Assembly: GCA_030704615.1 (NCBI GenBank)
Contig: CM060733.1
Span: forward strand, 71,424,001-71,488,000
DNA: 64,000 nt
Source: Takakia lepidozioides
Lineage: Eukaryota > Plantae > Bryophyta
Direction: 5' to 3'
Program-made: the position numbers and the translations under genes
Notes under the pieces: model-generated
The model's database searches: none
Seen by the model: the letters and a program-made list of their open reading frames with translations, nothing else
Told to the model about the DNA's origin: nothing
Shown: one piece after another, positions 23,201 through 36,150 of the stretch
How positions within the stretch are numbered: position 1 is the stretch's first letter
Layout: each line of letters begins with the position of its first letter

Positions 23201-26162
23201 CTGATGAAGGTTAGAAGGGCCAATCTTAGGCTCAATCCGGACAAGTGTTATTTTGCCAATTTGCAGTTGGTATTCCTTGGGCATGTGATCTCTGAAGAAG
23301 GAACCTGGCCTGATCCAGATAAGATAGTTGCAATTGAAAGGTTTCCCTTGCCCAAAAACCACACTGCTCTCAAAAGTTATTTGGGGATGACAGGGTATTA
23401 TAGGCCTTATGTCAAGGGGTATGCTGGAGTGGCAGTACCTTTGTTCACTCTAACCAAGAAGGATGTGAAGTTTATCTGGAGTGCAGAGGCACAAAACGCC
23501 TTTTCTGCCCTACAAGTGAAGCTGGTGACTGCTCCCATTCTGGCCAGGCCAGATTTTTCAAGGCCTTTCGTCCTGGATGTTGACTGGTCCATCAAAGGAG
23601 TGGGGGCAGTCTTGTCACAAAAGGAGTATAAAAAGGAGAGGGTCATTGCATACGCTAGTAAGGTACTATCTGATGCTCAGCGAAAATATCACCCTATGGA
23701 AGGTGAATGCTATGCCTTGGTGTGGGGAGTATTACACTTTAGGCAGTACCTGTATGGAACCCCTTTTGTAATCAGGACTGATCACAAACCACTGGAGTGG
23801 TTGGCAACGGTAAGTGACGCATATGGACGCAGGGGTAGATGGATCATGATGTTACAAGATTTTGAGTTTAAAATTGTTCATAGGGCGGGTGCTAGGCATG
23901 CTAATGTAGATGCGCTAAGCAGGTATCCAGTGGGGACCAGCTGAGGAAACCGAGGATATCGAGGTATAATCTACTTCTCTATACAGTCAGAAAAGGGAAG
24001 GGAGAAAGAGGGATGGAGCCTATCTTCTTAGACTAGAGTGGGATAGGGGTGCCATCAATGCTTCTCTATTTCAATTTAAAGAGGGTAAGAAGGAGTTGAG
24101 AGAAGAAGCTCATAGGCAAGTAGGGTATAGCAGTGAAAAGGGGGAGATGATTTGCAAGAGAGAGGAGTACTATGCATGTGTATGGGGTCTTTGGTATTTC
24201 AAGAAGACACTGTTGGGATGTCATTTTTCTTTAGAAACAGATCTGGATCCATATTGGTGGCTATACTCAGAACACCACATAGGCATAGACTTGCTTGGTG
24301 ACTTTTCATTTGAGTTCGTTCCTGGAATAGATAGATCTTCCACAGGTGGGATGTTGACCAAGGCTCATGGTATATTGAAAGGAGAACTAAAACCAGGTGT
24401 AATGCCAGATAGGGAAGGAAAGAAGGTGATTTTTGCTGCACGGACTTTTGCCACCAAGACCCAAGGAGAGGGCATTGATCAATCAACCCCTATCAATCTG
24501 GTAAGGGAAGGTATTTGGAAAGATGTGGGTGCAGGAAGGAAGGAGGTTCCTGCAATCAGCAACAAAGAAGGGGCAGATCTGATGTCCTCTTGTCCCACCA
24601 TCCATGTGATTACCCGAGGATCTCATGCTCGTGATCAGGAGCTAAGCAAGGTACAGCCAGCCTGTGAACTTGTGGAAGAACGATCAAACAATGAAAAGGG
24701 AAGCTCACTAGAAACACCATTCCTTCAACACTCTATATACACAGAGACAACAGGAAGAATTCGGGTGACCTCCTCATCAGAATGCCCAGCTAAAGGACAC
24801 ATGGGGGGTGAGTGTTCCACCAAGACATTTTATTCTTCAGACAATAATGGATCACGTTGTTCAGGGCAAGAAACTTCTTCTTGCAACAAGGATGTTAAAG
24901 GGGACTGGGTGCCATGGAGCACACCCACCAAAGCTACTCAGATGTCACTATTACGTGCAGCTGAAAGATGGGGGGAAGACTCTCTCATCAGCTCTGACAA
25001 TCATACAGCAGCTGTTAAGGAGGAAAAACAACCTGATGTACTTGATGATGTGGAAGTTATGCATCTCTTGTGTTTTGGAGAAGTCAATGACTATTTGACA
25101 AAGGAAGAAAGCAAGAGAGCCAGCAGGCGGGCAAGGCAGTACTCCTATCTCAAAGGGGAAGTCTACTTTGAGGGAAGGGTAGTTCCACCAAGAACGGACA
25201 GAGAGGCAATAATCAATGAAGTGCATAAGGCCACTGGCCATTTTGGAATCCGGAGAACACAAGAAGAGATATGTCGACGGTATTTTTGGCATGACAGAAC
25301 AAAACTCATCAGGCAAGTACTCAAGGGCTGTGGAGAATGTCAGATGACCAAACAGAACGGAGTGTTACGCTTAGGTAGCTCAAAACTTCACAGCATTCCA
25401 GTTGTGGATCTGTTTTTCAGAGTTGCAATTGACACAGCAGGGCCATTACCCATAACCAGCAGGGGCAATCAATACTTTCTGGTAGCAATAGATCACTTCT
25501 CAAAATGGATAGAGGCTGCACCAGTGGCAGATCATACAACAGCACTTACTGCCCGCTTTCTAGTGGAAGAAGTCATTAACAGGTATAGCTGCCCCCACAC
25601 ATTGCTCACTGACAATGGCACGGAGTGGGGAGGTGAGTTTGAAGATACATGCCGCGAATATGGTATAAAAAGAGAGCATAGCGCTCCCTACTGGCCTCAG
25701 TGTAACGGAATGGTGGAAAAGGTGATTAAGTCCCTCAAGCAGAGCATCACCACCTTGGGAGTTGGAAACGACACTGAGTGGGATCAGAACCTATACAAAG
25801 CCTTGTTTGGTTACAGAATGGGTGTTCATGCTTCAACAGGATTCTCACCTTTTCAAGTGCTGACTGGTAGGATTCCAAGACTTGGGATCGATAACAGGTT
25901 GCACTTTCTTACAGCAGCAGTAAATTTTGAGGGATCTGTTGCAGAGGTCACACTGATGATGCAGCAGAAAATCCAGCTCCTATCAGAGATAAAGGCTAAG
26001 CTGCGGAAAAATGTGAAGAAAGGGCAGCGTCAGCAGGCAAGGGATTATGAAAGGAGACATCAAGCAGGGCGCAACTACTGCAAGTTCATAGAGAACAGCA
26101 AGGTGATGATGTTGAGGCCTGGAAAGAGGTCTTCCATGACATCTCCATGGGAGGGACCCTAA
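20238..26162 (+). pseudogene. gag-pol of the nested Gypsy (gag, Zn knuckles, aspartic protease, RT, RNase H, degenerate second RNase H, integrase)
   Basis: Gag YHGRNSEDVNDWL, three CCHC knuckles at 20887-21043, IDTGA..LLGLDFL, RFCGDFR, LDLQSGFWQI, VFVDD, DVDWS, GHFG..YFW..C..C, IDTAGP, TDNG, PQCNGMVE. Breaks at ~20800, 22559, ~23942 and 26160. Confidence 0.92.
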
Positions 26163-26340
26163 GACTTTTTGGGGTACAAAGATGCGGGAAACACCACAAG
26201 GACAGGGGAAGCTGCACGCAGATGCAGGCTAAGAGATGGGGCAAACAAGGAATGGGTAAGAAGTAGGCGGGATTTGAAACCATTCATACCACCAGTGGGA
26301 GGTCAGCCAGTGAAGGTGGTTAGTGAGGACCCTGACACTT

Positions 26341-26350
26341 AAAAAGGGAG
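26341..26350 (+). promoter_or_regulatory. Polypurine tract of the nested Gypsy
   Basis: AAAAAGGGAG lies 12 nt upstream of the 3' LTR start. Confidence 0.7.
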
Positions 26351-26362
26351 ATACACTACATA

Positions 26363-27887
26363 TGTAGTGTGAATGCAGGGGAGTGAGATTACATTTTGTC
26401 TTACCGTTAAGACCCTGCATCACTACAACGGGAGTGCCCGTTGTACAACTGCAGGAGGGATATATCCCTGCATACAGGTGATTTCATGGGCATACTGTGC
26501 TTATGCTTTGCCAGGATAAAAATGGCTAAGTCATGACCATGCGTATTTTCATCCGTAGGATGAACGTTTCCATCCGTAGGATGCACGTTTTCATCCAAGG
26601 TGTTTAACCTAGAAACGCGGGTTGAGGAAAACGAAGAGGAAGATGACGGGCAACTCTTAGCAGCTGCTGCGAGCAGTGGGGTTGTCAGGGCCGTCTGTTT
26701 GTGGGAGGTTGTACCTACGCTATGGGACTCTGCTTGGTTTTGAGAGCGGCATTAAGTGCTTCTGCTTGGTATTCTGTGTAAGGGAAAGCGGTGCCGCTTC
26801 TCTCGTAGTGATGATCAATTCCTGGAGTAGGAGCATGTAAGAAGAGCGGCGCACCACCGCTCTCGCCATTGCCTTGAAGAAAACAGTTATGGGCAGATGA
26901 GCAAGCAAGGAAAACGGCCAGCTGCCGGAAGCAAAAGGAAGTGAGTTGTGGGCACAATCAATGGAGGGGATGAGGCATGTGAAGTGCTGGCTGGATGGCA
27001 ACTCAGGTTATCTGTAATCAAAGCTTATAGCTGCTTTTGTGTCATCTTACCATAGGACCATATCAATTCTTAGGGAAGAATTGCACGCATAGAAGGATAG
27101 AGTATTTAGTTGGCAAGCCACAAGATGTTCCATAGGATGAAGAGGAGCCATCATGGCATGATAAATACTGGAATCAAGACAAGGAGAATAGGTTGAAGTG
27201 GCTGCTGACAGGCGATGGTGAGGTGCCATCTTGGCAGGCAGATCCACCGCTTCGCTGGAGGATAAAACAGATAAGTTCGTAGACTGTGGGCTTCGGTTTT
27301 TGGGGGAGTGGTGACTTAGAAATCGTTTTGGTGTGGATTTAGGACTGGCTCTATGTAGAGGAGAAGGAGGTAGAGATATGTGATGGAGGAAAAGGTTTTG
27401 GAAATGGAATGGAGACTCTGAAACTTCAAACCAGGATAGGGAAAGGATGGATGCACCTAATGTTATAGTGTCAGTAGGAGAAATGAGTGGTGGAGAGACT
27501 GCTTGTCACTGAATCAGAATGGTCACTGTTTATCTTCATTCTTGTTCTTTGTTTCAGTGTTATGAACCTGCACACAATGCTGCCCTGGGTATTGATACAC
27601 TGGAACCAATGTAGGCCTAGCTTGGCTGATTGAAAACACCAGTGAGGGTTAGTTAGAACTATTGAAAACAGAGAAAGGATAATGTGGAAGGGGAGGCAAC
27701 ACCGGCACTGATTTGTTTTTCTTTTGGAACTAGTTTCCAGCATGGTCTCAGGGTATGAACAACTGAGGTTCATAGTTGAAGGGAAAAGAGGGTTGTTGGG
27801 GTATTTGGTTGAAACCTATAGAAAGGCTGAGAGCTGTTTGGGCAATGGCTTCTTTTGGAAAAAGGTAGTGTGAATGGCTGGTCATTG

Positions 27888-27935
<48 letters not shown>

Positions 27936-28628
27936 TGAATGGGATGGTTATGCCTTGTGTGACCGAGGATGATTTCAAGGCTGGGTGCACTGGATGCCTG
28001 GCTGAGTTGTGCATTGCATTGCATGGTAGATATGCTGCTGTTGAAGAAGTGAGGAACCTGTAGACCAAGATTAGAGAGAGAGAGAAAAGGATTTGGGAAG
28101 GGAGAGAGCTGCTCAGTAAAAGGGGTTGATGGGGGATGGCCAATTTGGGGAAATAAGATGAAGAAAACATGAACCCTGAAAGAGACCAGTGGCCCTGCAG
28201 TTCATGGCAGATCTGAGCTGCCTCCCTCTAAATCTGTGTCACCATTACAAAAGGGGGCTTCCGACGTGTCACTGCTCAAGGGAGCTTCACATTAAGGGTC
28301 GTGTTCAGCGCTGTCATAGGGCTGGTTGCATCACAGAAAAGATCATGGCAGCACTGTTGGCGCTGTGATCATAGGGCAAGGATGTTGTATAAAAATAGAA
28401 CCAAGACCAAGAACAATTCAAAACTCCCCATCCATGTCTTCTCTTCCGTTGCGGCGTGGATGAGGATTGCATGAACTCTGATCACGAACGAACTAAGGGA
28501 AATCCACAGCCATGTGAAGATGGTTGGATCACTAGAACGTTCCTTCCTTTTGCTTTGCCTTCAACTGAGGAGGAGTACAGATTAGAATCACCCTGAAGGG
28601 GATTCACGCCCCTTCTTTTCACACTACA
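26363..28628 (+). repeat. 3' LTR of the nested Gypsy
   Basis: TGTAGTGTGAA...TTCACACTACA. Has (AG)21 at 27891-27932 and an extra ~21-bp duplication near 26550-26590 relative to the 5' LTR. Confidence 0.96.
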
Positions 28629-31402
28629 ATGACTTTGAAGTTGTTCATAAACCAGGGAGATTACATGTTACAGCAGATCATCTGTCAAGGATTACTACAG
28701 GAGAACCAGCCACGGGGGTAGAGGATCAACTTCCCGATGCATTTCTGTTTGTTGTTCAACCAGAAGCACCAGATGAAGAGACAGATCCTATAAATGCTCT
28801 GGGAATGTTTCAAGGAGACTATGACCTTCCAGATGCTCTCAAACTCATGGATGACACGGATGAAGAAGAGGATTCATCCGATGAAGATGAACCTCTTGAT
28901 GAAGGACTTATTATTGATGAAGAGCCAGATCCAGAAGAAGAAGATGACAAGGAAAACAAATAAACAAACAATCAAGAATTGGCCAATATCAGTATTGGAG
29001 CTTATACAATCACCAAAGAAGAATCAGAAGATATTCAGGATCAAGATCAAGATGATTGGCAATGGCCAATCAAATACTATCTGAACACAGGGAAATTTCT
29101 TGAAGATTACACCAAAGATGACAGGAGGAGGCTTTCAATGAAAAGCAAGCCATACACATTAATCAAAGGGATTCTATACAAAAGAGGAATTGACTCCATA
29201 ATGAGAAGATGTGTAAACAAAGACCAAGCCAAAACAGTAATGCAAGAACTACATGAAGGAATTGCAGGAGGACACTTTAGTTCGGACCTGACAGCAAAGA
29301 AAATATTACTAGCAGGCTACTAGTGGCCTACTGTATTTGGAGATACCTATGAACATTGTCAACAGTGTGATGTCTGCCAGAGTATGGGACTAGTAGAACG
29401 AATAGGGAAGGGGACTCTACACCCAATACTACCAACAGAACCATTTCAGCGCTGGGGGCTAGACTTCGTGGGACCCATTAAACCTCCAGCAAGGTACACA
29501 CAAAACCAAAACATCCTCATAGCCACTGACTACACTACCAAATGGGTAGAGGCCAAGGCACTAGGAGACAACACTGCCAGATCAACAGCCAAATTCTTAT
29601 ATGAAAACAACATCACACGATTTGGTTGCCCACTGGAATTCGTCAGTGATCAGGGATCACATTTCATAAATAATGCCATAAAATGCTTGACGGAGGAGTT
29701 CATGATTGTACATCACAAGAGTACTGCTTACTATCCTCAAGGAAACGGTTAGGCCGAATCTACCAACAAAATATTATGCACTATCTTAACCAAGATAGTA
29801 AATGCCAATCGTACAGATTGGGACACCAAATTGAACACAACACTATGGGCATTCAGGACATCATACAAGGTGACCACGAAGCATACACCATTTCAACTGG
29901 TGTATGGAGCAGAGGCACTATTACCCATTGAATGTATGATACCCACACTACGAACCGGAACTCATGAAGGATGGGGTTTAGAAGAATCCTTACGAATCAG
30001 GGAATATGAGTTATTCCATTTGGAAGAAGTTCGAGCAGATGCCGCAAATAACATGGCACGGATTCAGGAACAACGAAGGAAAAGAATATCCGAAGGGAAA
30101 GAGAAATCTTTCCAGGACGGGGACATTGTTTTGTGGTTACCAAAAATCAAGAAGATCAAACTGGGCGGAAAATTGAAAATGCCATGGATGGGACCATTTC
30201 AAATCAAAAAGGTACATGACAATGGAACTGTTGATTTGCAGACCTTGGAACAAGAATTCGTGGGACGAATTAATATTAACAAGTTAAAGGGCTACCAAGG
30301 AATACATGACAAAGCTCTTATACATGACTTATACGCCAACGAGGAAGATCAAACTGAAGATGAGGAGCGTGAAACTACCAGTGCATACTACATTCATAAC
30401 GACACGGTGAATCAGCATGTACTAAGACAGGTGGCAACACGAATTCAGGTCACCACGATAGCTAGATCACCATTCATCTGGAGGACCGCATTACCACCCC
30501 ATATACCGTATGGTGAACCATGGCCAGCACAGATGCCTTACAGAACCGTGAACGAATACAAAACGGCCAACGAGTCATTGCTTGTGTTAAACTCCGAGAT
30601 GTACGCTCCAGATCACCCCACCGACCGTGGTAATCATACACCACTACCCTTCGATCATAACACAGAGGCAGAACAACGGCGCAATCCAACGGATTGCCAA
30701 AAGACGGCGGATGATAAGGGCAAAACCATTAAACCAAGCTGCAAGTACTGCACCCAAGCCGCCCATTTAAAGATAGACCACGTACCAAAGTGGATGAACA
30801 CATTCCAGAGGGATGAACAGAAACTGACCAAAACTAGACAATCATCAACGACCATCAGTTTAATCCAAAACCAATCACGAAGAAAAAACCAACGGAAGAA
30901 AATCAGACACAAAAAGGATGAAGTTTTCTCAAAAACGTTATCAGAAGCTAAATGCTTCTTGGTAAGCCTGGGCCCAACAATTAAAGCTAACTGCGCTTTA
31001 AACTTAGACAACCAGCAGGACAGAATTATCTCCACGACAACCTCGAGAGAAGTTAGAGGAGAACCCCTACTTAAACCCAGAAGCGAACTCCTCACCTTCT
31101 CTTCCGCAAACTGGAAATTGCTGTATACACAACTTCCAGTGTGCTTCATACTCTTTATGATACAGGAATTGGTGCTCCAATTCCTTACAGCAACCGCAAG
31201 ACTAAGAGAAATGGCAGGCACCAAGCGGAAGGCACCAAATTCTTATGCGCAAGTGAATTTCAAAATCAGCCCGGCGTTGCGGAAGATTGAGCAGGACACA
31301 GAGACACATGAGACGTCGGACAGTCTTGGCCTACGATACTTCATTACCACGCTGGACTGGAACCTGAAACACACAACGTTGACATCTACATACATCAGAT
31401 AA
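28629..31402 (+). pseudogene. Remainder of the outer Gypsy pol (RH end, acidic linker, integrase) plus a long C-terminal or extra ORF
   Basis: HKPGRLHVTADHLSR, LHEGIAGGHF, CQQCDVCQ, WGLDFVGP, DYTTKWVEA, SDQGSHF, LWAFRTSYK, PFQLVYG, WMGPF. Confidence 0.88.
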
Positions 31403-33429
31403 CTTCTAGAGAACCTTGGTGAGTCTTATCTTGAATGACATGATGATCTCCACCCAGAAGTGGTGTGTGCTTTGAACTGACAATCCTTTCAAAGTTTGAA
31501 AGGATCTAGTAGACCTGTGGTTTCACTGGTCGATATGTCAAAAATGATTAGGTTGTATTGTCCTTTACTGTCCTTTATTGTCATTCCTTTACCGTCTTTA
31601 GGAAGAAATGAGACTCCTTCAATATGCCCACATCCATTGTTTTGTTAATCAATTCTTGTAGATAACTCGTATTGCTCAAAGCTGCTGGAAACATTCATTG
31701 GGAATGACCTTATCATGTTAGTTACATTTTGTGGAACATTAGTATCTGGCTTTGGCAGTGTTTTCAGGCTGGATTCAATCTCGACTATGTACTTGCGCTT
31801 TGGCAAGCTTTTGGCCCGGCGGTGGATATGAATCCCAATCCTACGTCAGATAACTTCTAGAGAACCTCGGTGAGTCTTATCAGTGAGTCTTATTGTCGGT
31901 GGGGCCGTCGGTGACGCCCAGCCGTCGCAAGGTGGCATGAACGGGAAGAGGGAGGCCCCAAGGGAGCCGGGACATGTGACGGCGAGGCGTCGCAGCGGGG
32001 GGGTTGTAAGTTGGAGAAAGGAATCACCTTGAATCAATGCATATCCCTTCACCAACTTGATTACAGACAAGGACAAATTTTCCCACCCAAACACTTGAAC
32101 AGCCTTGGCAATGGCTTTGGCAACATTATTGTCTTTCACACCAATTTCGAGGATTCTTACTTTTGCATCAAGATCATGGTTACCAAATCGATTGAAGGGT
32201 TTCCAGGGGTAAGTCTTGGTCAGCACTTGTAGAACAAGAACCATGTCTTCCAACATTCTGGCCCTCGTGCAAAAATTCAACAATCCTAGAGTCACTTTTC
32301 GAGTCACAACTACACTAGAATCATTCCAAGATCGCCACATCTCCAAAGGGTTATTTTCATGGATTTTTCATTGATCAATCGTAGAAATAAGGTACATGCA
32401 TGTACATGTACAATCAATCGAAAGAATGGATACAGTTATGTGCGAGAATTGTTATGTAGCTTTGATTACGTGTCTAATCAACTTGAACATCATCATCCGG
32501 AGCTTCTTCGTCCTCATCAAGCTGCAAGTCTTCTTGGTCATCGGAGTCATCTTCATAAATGGCCTGGTCAGCAAAAGGCACATCTGAATCATCTTCCACC
32601 TTATTTTCAATGACCATGTCTTCATCTTCTTCTCCAACATCCGCATCTGATGGAGCCTCATCATCGACGACACAACGGCGTGAGCCTTGCGCGTGAGCGT
32701 ACGCTCACACATTGGTGACGTGGCGTGAGCGCACGCTCACGGCTGCTGAGGTGACGTGAGCCCACAGTCCTGCTGACATGGCGTGAGCTTGATGCCAGCA
32801 AGCTGACATGGAGTTGGGTGCTGATGTGGCGCCACGTCAGCATCCGCCACGTCAGCGGAAACATAAGAAGCCTATTCCCGAGGGTCCTATGACCATGGGA
32901 TTAACTTGGGCAATAGTTTGGTGAATAACATGAAAACTACCATGAAACATCCGAAATGGGAAATAAGCCCACAACTGTGACGTCCATTCCAGAATAAATG
33001 AAATTAATGCTGTAATTTTGACAATTGCAATTACTAGGACGACAAACTAACCTCACAAATTCAGTGGCATACATGACGACATAGGAACACCTTGACTCTC
33101 CCCAAATAACATTGACAATTCGGATAATTGGAAAGAAGCACATGTAGACATCCACAGGACCAATGATGCATGAGCTCCATAAAATTGCCAAAGAGAGCAC
33201 ACATATTATACAATTGGAAGCATAATGGAGGGAGAAGGCCTGCCATATCATTCAACAACCTCGCGAATGCTGCTATTGAATTGAAATGTTTTATAGTGAC
33301 AATGTTCCAATTACACATTACACATCATGGTTGTACCCTTTGCATACTCACAGTCAAAACCAACCTGAATGCAGATTTGCGATACCGGATTGAACTTTCA
33401 CCACATTCCAGAAACAGCAAGTCATCTAC

Positions 33430-35030
33430 CTATGTGCTTGTATCTCGTTGCAAGAGAGTATTGATCTCGTTGAAACTCATTGTCGCCTGATGAATGAAGT
33501 TGTCACGTTTGGGATCACAAACCATCCTCTTCACGAAGATGAAGTACAAATATTTGCAGGGTACGAATTTACCTCTCTTGCCCAAACTGGTTGATAGCAT
33601 CCCAACAAAATCAGGACAGGTGCAATTGGGGAAATTGGAAACAGTGATGTCGTACGCCCTATCGTGAACATCATATGTCGAGGTGATCATTGTGTACACC
33701 CGACCATACCCAGGATCGGGCACCTCTCCGTCGTGCTGGAAACACGAGCTTGGAGCATTCTAGTGGACTCCACCTTGCCGAAGTGTTCTACAGTTGGAGG
33801 GAAACGCCGAACAAGTTTTCCATTCCGTTTTGTTGGCCACAAATGAGCATCTAGCGGAGGGACCCTTGTACTCCTAGAACTGGAAGCAGATGCATGTACA
33901 CGGGGTTATCTTGCAAGGGAAAACCATGTCTCTTCCAGCATTGCAATCTCATGATTTGTGAGATTTGTTCCCAACTTCACGGGCCAAACAGCTGGTGGAC
34001 TTGGCTTCATCACCACGGAAGGTCGCACAGTTCCATGCACACATCTCCCACAATCGTCTGCACAGAACCAGAACTTGTGGTTCTTGGCTTCTGGCTGCCC
34101 ATACGGGCGCATCAAACCAGTGAAAGTTGGAGCTGGAGTGCGGGCACCACCTCTGCATATGGAAGAAGTGCATTTCTCAGAATTGGTTGCCCTGATCGCC
34201 GTACATTTGACACAAGACCCTGCAGTTGTGCGCTCTATGTGCCAAATGTGGTCGGGGCACATGGACTCCACAATATCAGGGAGCAAATTTATCTCTTGCA
34301 CCATTGCAATGGGGTTGCTATATGTTAGAGTCTGTCGTCCTGTCGCAGGTTCCCCAAGAAGGGATGCTCCGGATATATATCTCTCATGCAGAGGGACACG
34401 AGGCGTGGAAAAGTTATCACGGTCTGCCCTGTGCGAATCAGAATCCAAACCAGGAGGGGTGTTCAATTTCCTCTTGCAAGAGCCGAATCTCTCCTCCCCT
34501 TCCAGATGTGGAACTCTAGACACAAGAGGCGTTCCCTTGGAACACATGTCCAACGCCCGTGCTATCTTGTTTGGATCCCCTGATCTGCTTGCAGCACGCA
34601 ACAACAACTCTTGTTTGTCCGGACCCTTCCCACCAACGCCTCCTCTCAAGAAATCACGATATCTGGTTTGTTGTTGGAGTGCACATATGAGATCATCTGT
34701 TGTTGCCACATACAAATCCCGACCCCGTTTCCCGGACTGTTGCAACCATGCGTTGTGCACTGTCTCTGCCAAATTGCAAGATGGCATGTCTGCCATTTCC
34801 TCAATGGACATGTTTTGCAAATGGAAAACACAATTCGGAATACCAAAGAGGTTACAACACCACCCAAGCAAATGCAGATCTGCACTACGGAGCGATATGG
34901 AAAATGCATGCAATACTAGAGACGTATCGTTGTCATGGATGTTCCCCACTGTCTGTACTGGAAGTGCCAAAACGCCAACCAATCTTCCAACGCTCTCATA
35001 CTCGTTTGTGTTTGCACCTAGAAGTCAATT
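33430..35030 (-). pseudogene. 3' part of a MULE-related transposase-like gene with a C-terminal SWIM zinc finger
   Basis: MPSCNLAETVHNAWLQQSG resembles the MULE catalytic-Glu helix (N..ES.H). A Cys-rich segment follows, then FPNCTCPDF....VPCKYLYFIF (SWIM CxC..CxH with H changed to Y). Confidence 0.65.
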
Positions 35031-35345
35031 GTATATCATTCCTGATTTCATTCAGTTGAGACCTAACTAATCGTCCTTGTCTCTCAGCGGAGAGAAGGTG
35101 GAAGACGAAACCAAGCCCAAAGATCATTCGGGGATATATCCGCCGCCAAATTTGACAAAGAGGTATTTGGACGGGAGACCTCCCGTCCCTTCCTTCCCAC
35201 TTACAACATTTTGACTTATTTCCCGAAGCACAGACTCGGTTTTGTTTAATGTGCCAGAAATTCTAGATTCATCTCCTACTTTATTACACATCAGTATTAT
35301 AGCTCCCGATGGTCACATCCAAAGCTAACCGTCGAATCTTGACAG

Positions 35346-36150
35346 ATGGGTCATGACCATTTTCGAGCGAGCGCGGCAGCGAATCTCTTGCGCTGGAAGA
35401 CACGAGTGACGGCCTCCTTTGGAGATCAAAGAAAGTTAATCATTCTGAGTGTTGTTGGTTTATTGTGCTATAAACCCAAGCCTGTTGGATCACAGAGGTT
35501 CCTTGAACATTTCCCTTGTGCCAAAATTCCCTACGATTGGGACAATGTCGTTCCTCGTCCAGGTCTTCTGGAATTTCTTGAACTTGCATTCAACCATTAC
35601 CATGTGGGTATATGGTCGTGTGGAGTTCAACATATGGTTGAGGCTCTTCTTGCATATCTTCTCCCGAAGGATATGGTCAGGGAATTTTGCTTTATCTGGT
35701 GTCGGGATACTTGCACCAAGCTTCCTGCCTACATCGCCTCAACACAGCCGTTCTACATTAAAGACATTGTTGGTCTTTGGGAACACTTCAGGAGAAGTTG
35801 TAAGCCCTACGGCCTAAAAGGCCAAACGCTTTTGATTGATGATGAGCCCACCAAAGCCCTGAGGAACCCTTTGAACACTGGGTTTTTACTCGAGATCCGT
35901 TGATAGCACTCTAACGCCGATCGTCAAGGAGGGACGAGATTCTTTTGTTGATGATCTTGTTGAGGCTTTATGGCCATTCCTTTCTGGTATAATGTCATGT
36001 CCGACAGTTCAAGAGTACATGGAGGAGAATTATTGGAAGTGTGCAAATGTTCAGATGCCTGTCGATAGCTCTCACCCTGATTGGATTTTGCTAGCGAGAT
36101 ATGCAAATCCCCTAGGGATTACTGACCCTTGTGTGTTTTTAGGTATGTTC
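35346..36150 (+). pseudogene. FCP1-homology / NIF (HAD-like phosphatase) domain gene; catalytic DxD lost
   Basis: KLIILSVVGLL (normally LDxNGLL), RPGLLEFL, VGIWS, FIWCRDTC, IKDI..LW, TLLIDDEPTKALRNP. Frameshifted near 35890. Confidence 0.78.

Larger units (their letters stand above)
17567..28628 (+). mobile_element. Nested full-length Ty3/Gypsy LTR retrotransposon (young, but with several nonsense/frameshift lesions); 4-bp TSD ATGA
   Basis: Near-identical LTRs, with termini TGTAGTGTGAA...TTCACACTACA. ATGA at 17563-17566 and 28629-28632; removing the element restores the host frame EYDFEVVHKPG. Order is PBS, gag, protease (IDTGA), RT (VFVDD), RH, integrase, PPT. Confidence 0.96.
12352..31430 (+). 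mobile_element. Outer Ty3/Gypsy LTR retrotransposon (non-chromovirus type), degenerate; 3' LTR not found
   Basis: 5' LTR and PBS, gag with CCHC knuckles, RT ([25 protein letters not shown]), and RNase H split by the nested element. Integrase has a zinc-binding HHCC region, WGLDFVGP, SDQGSHF, YYPQGNG and a GPF motif. Many stop codons. Confidence 0.9.
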
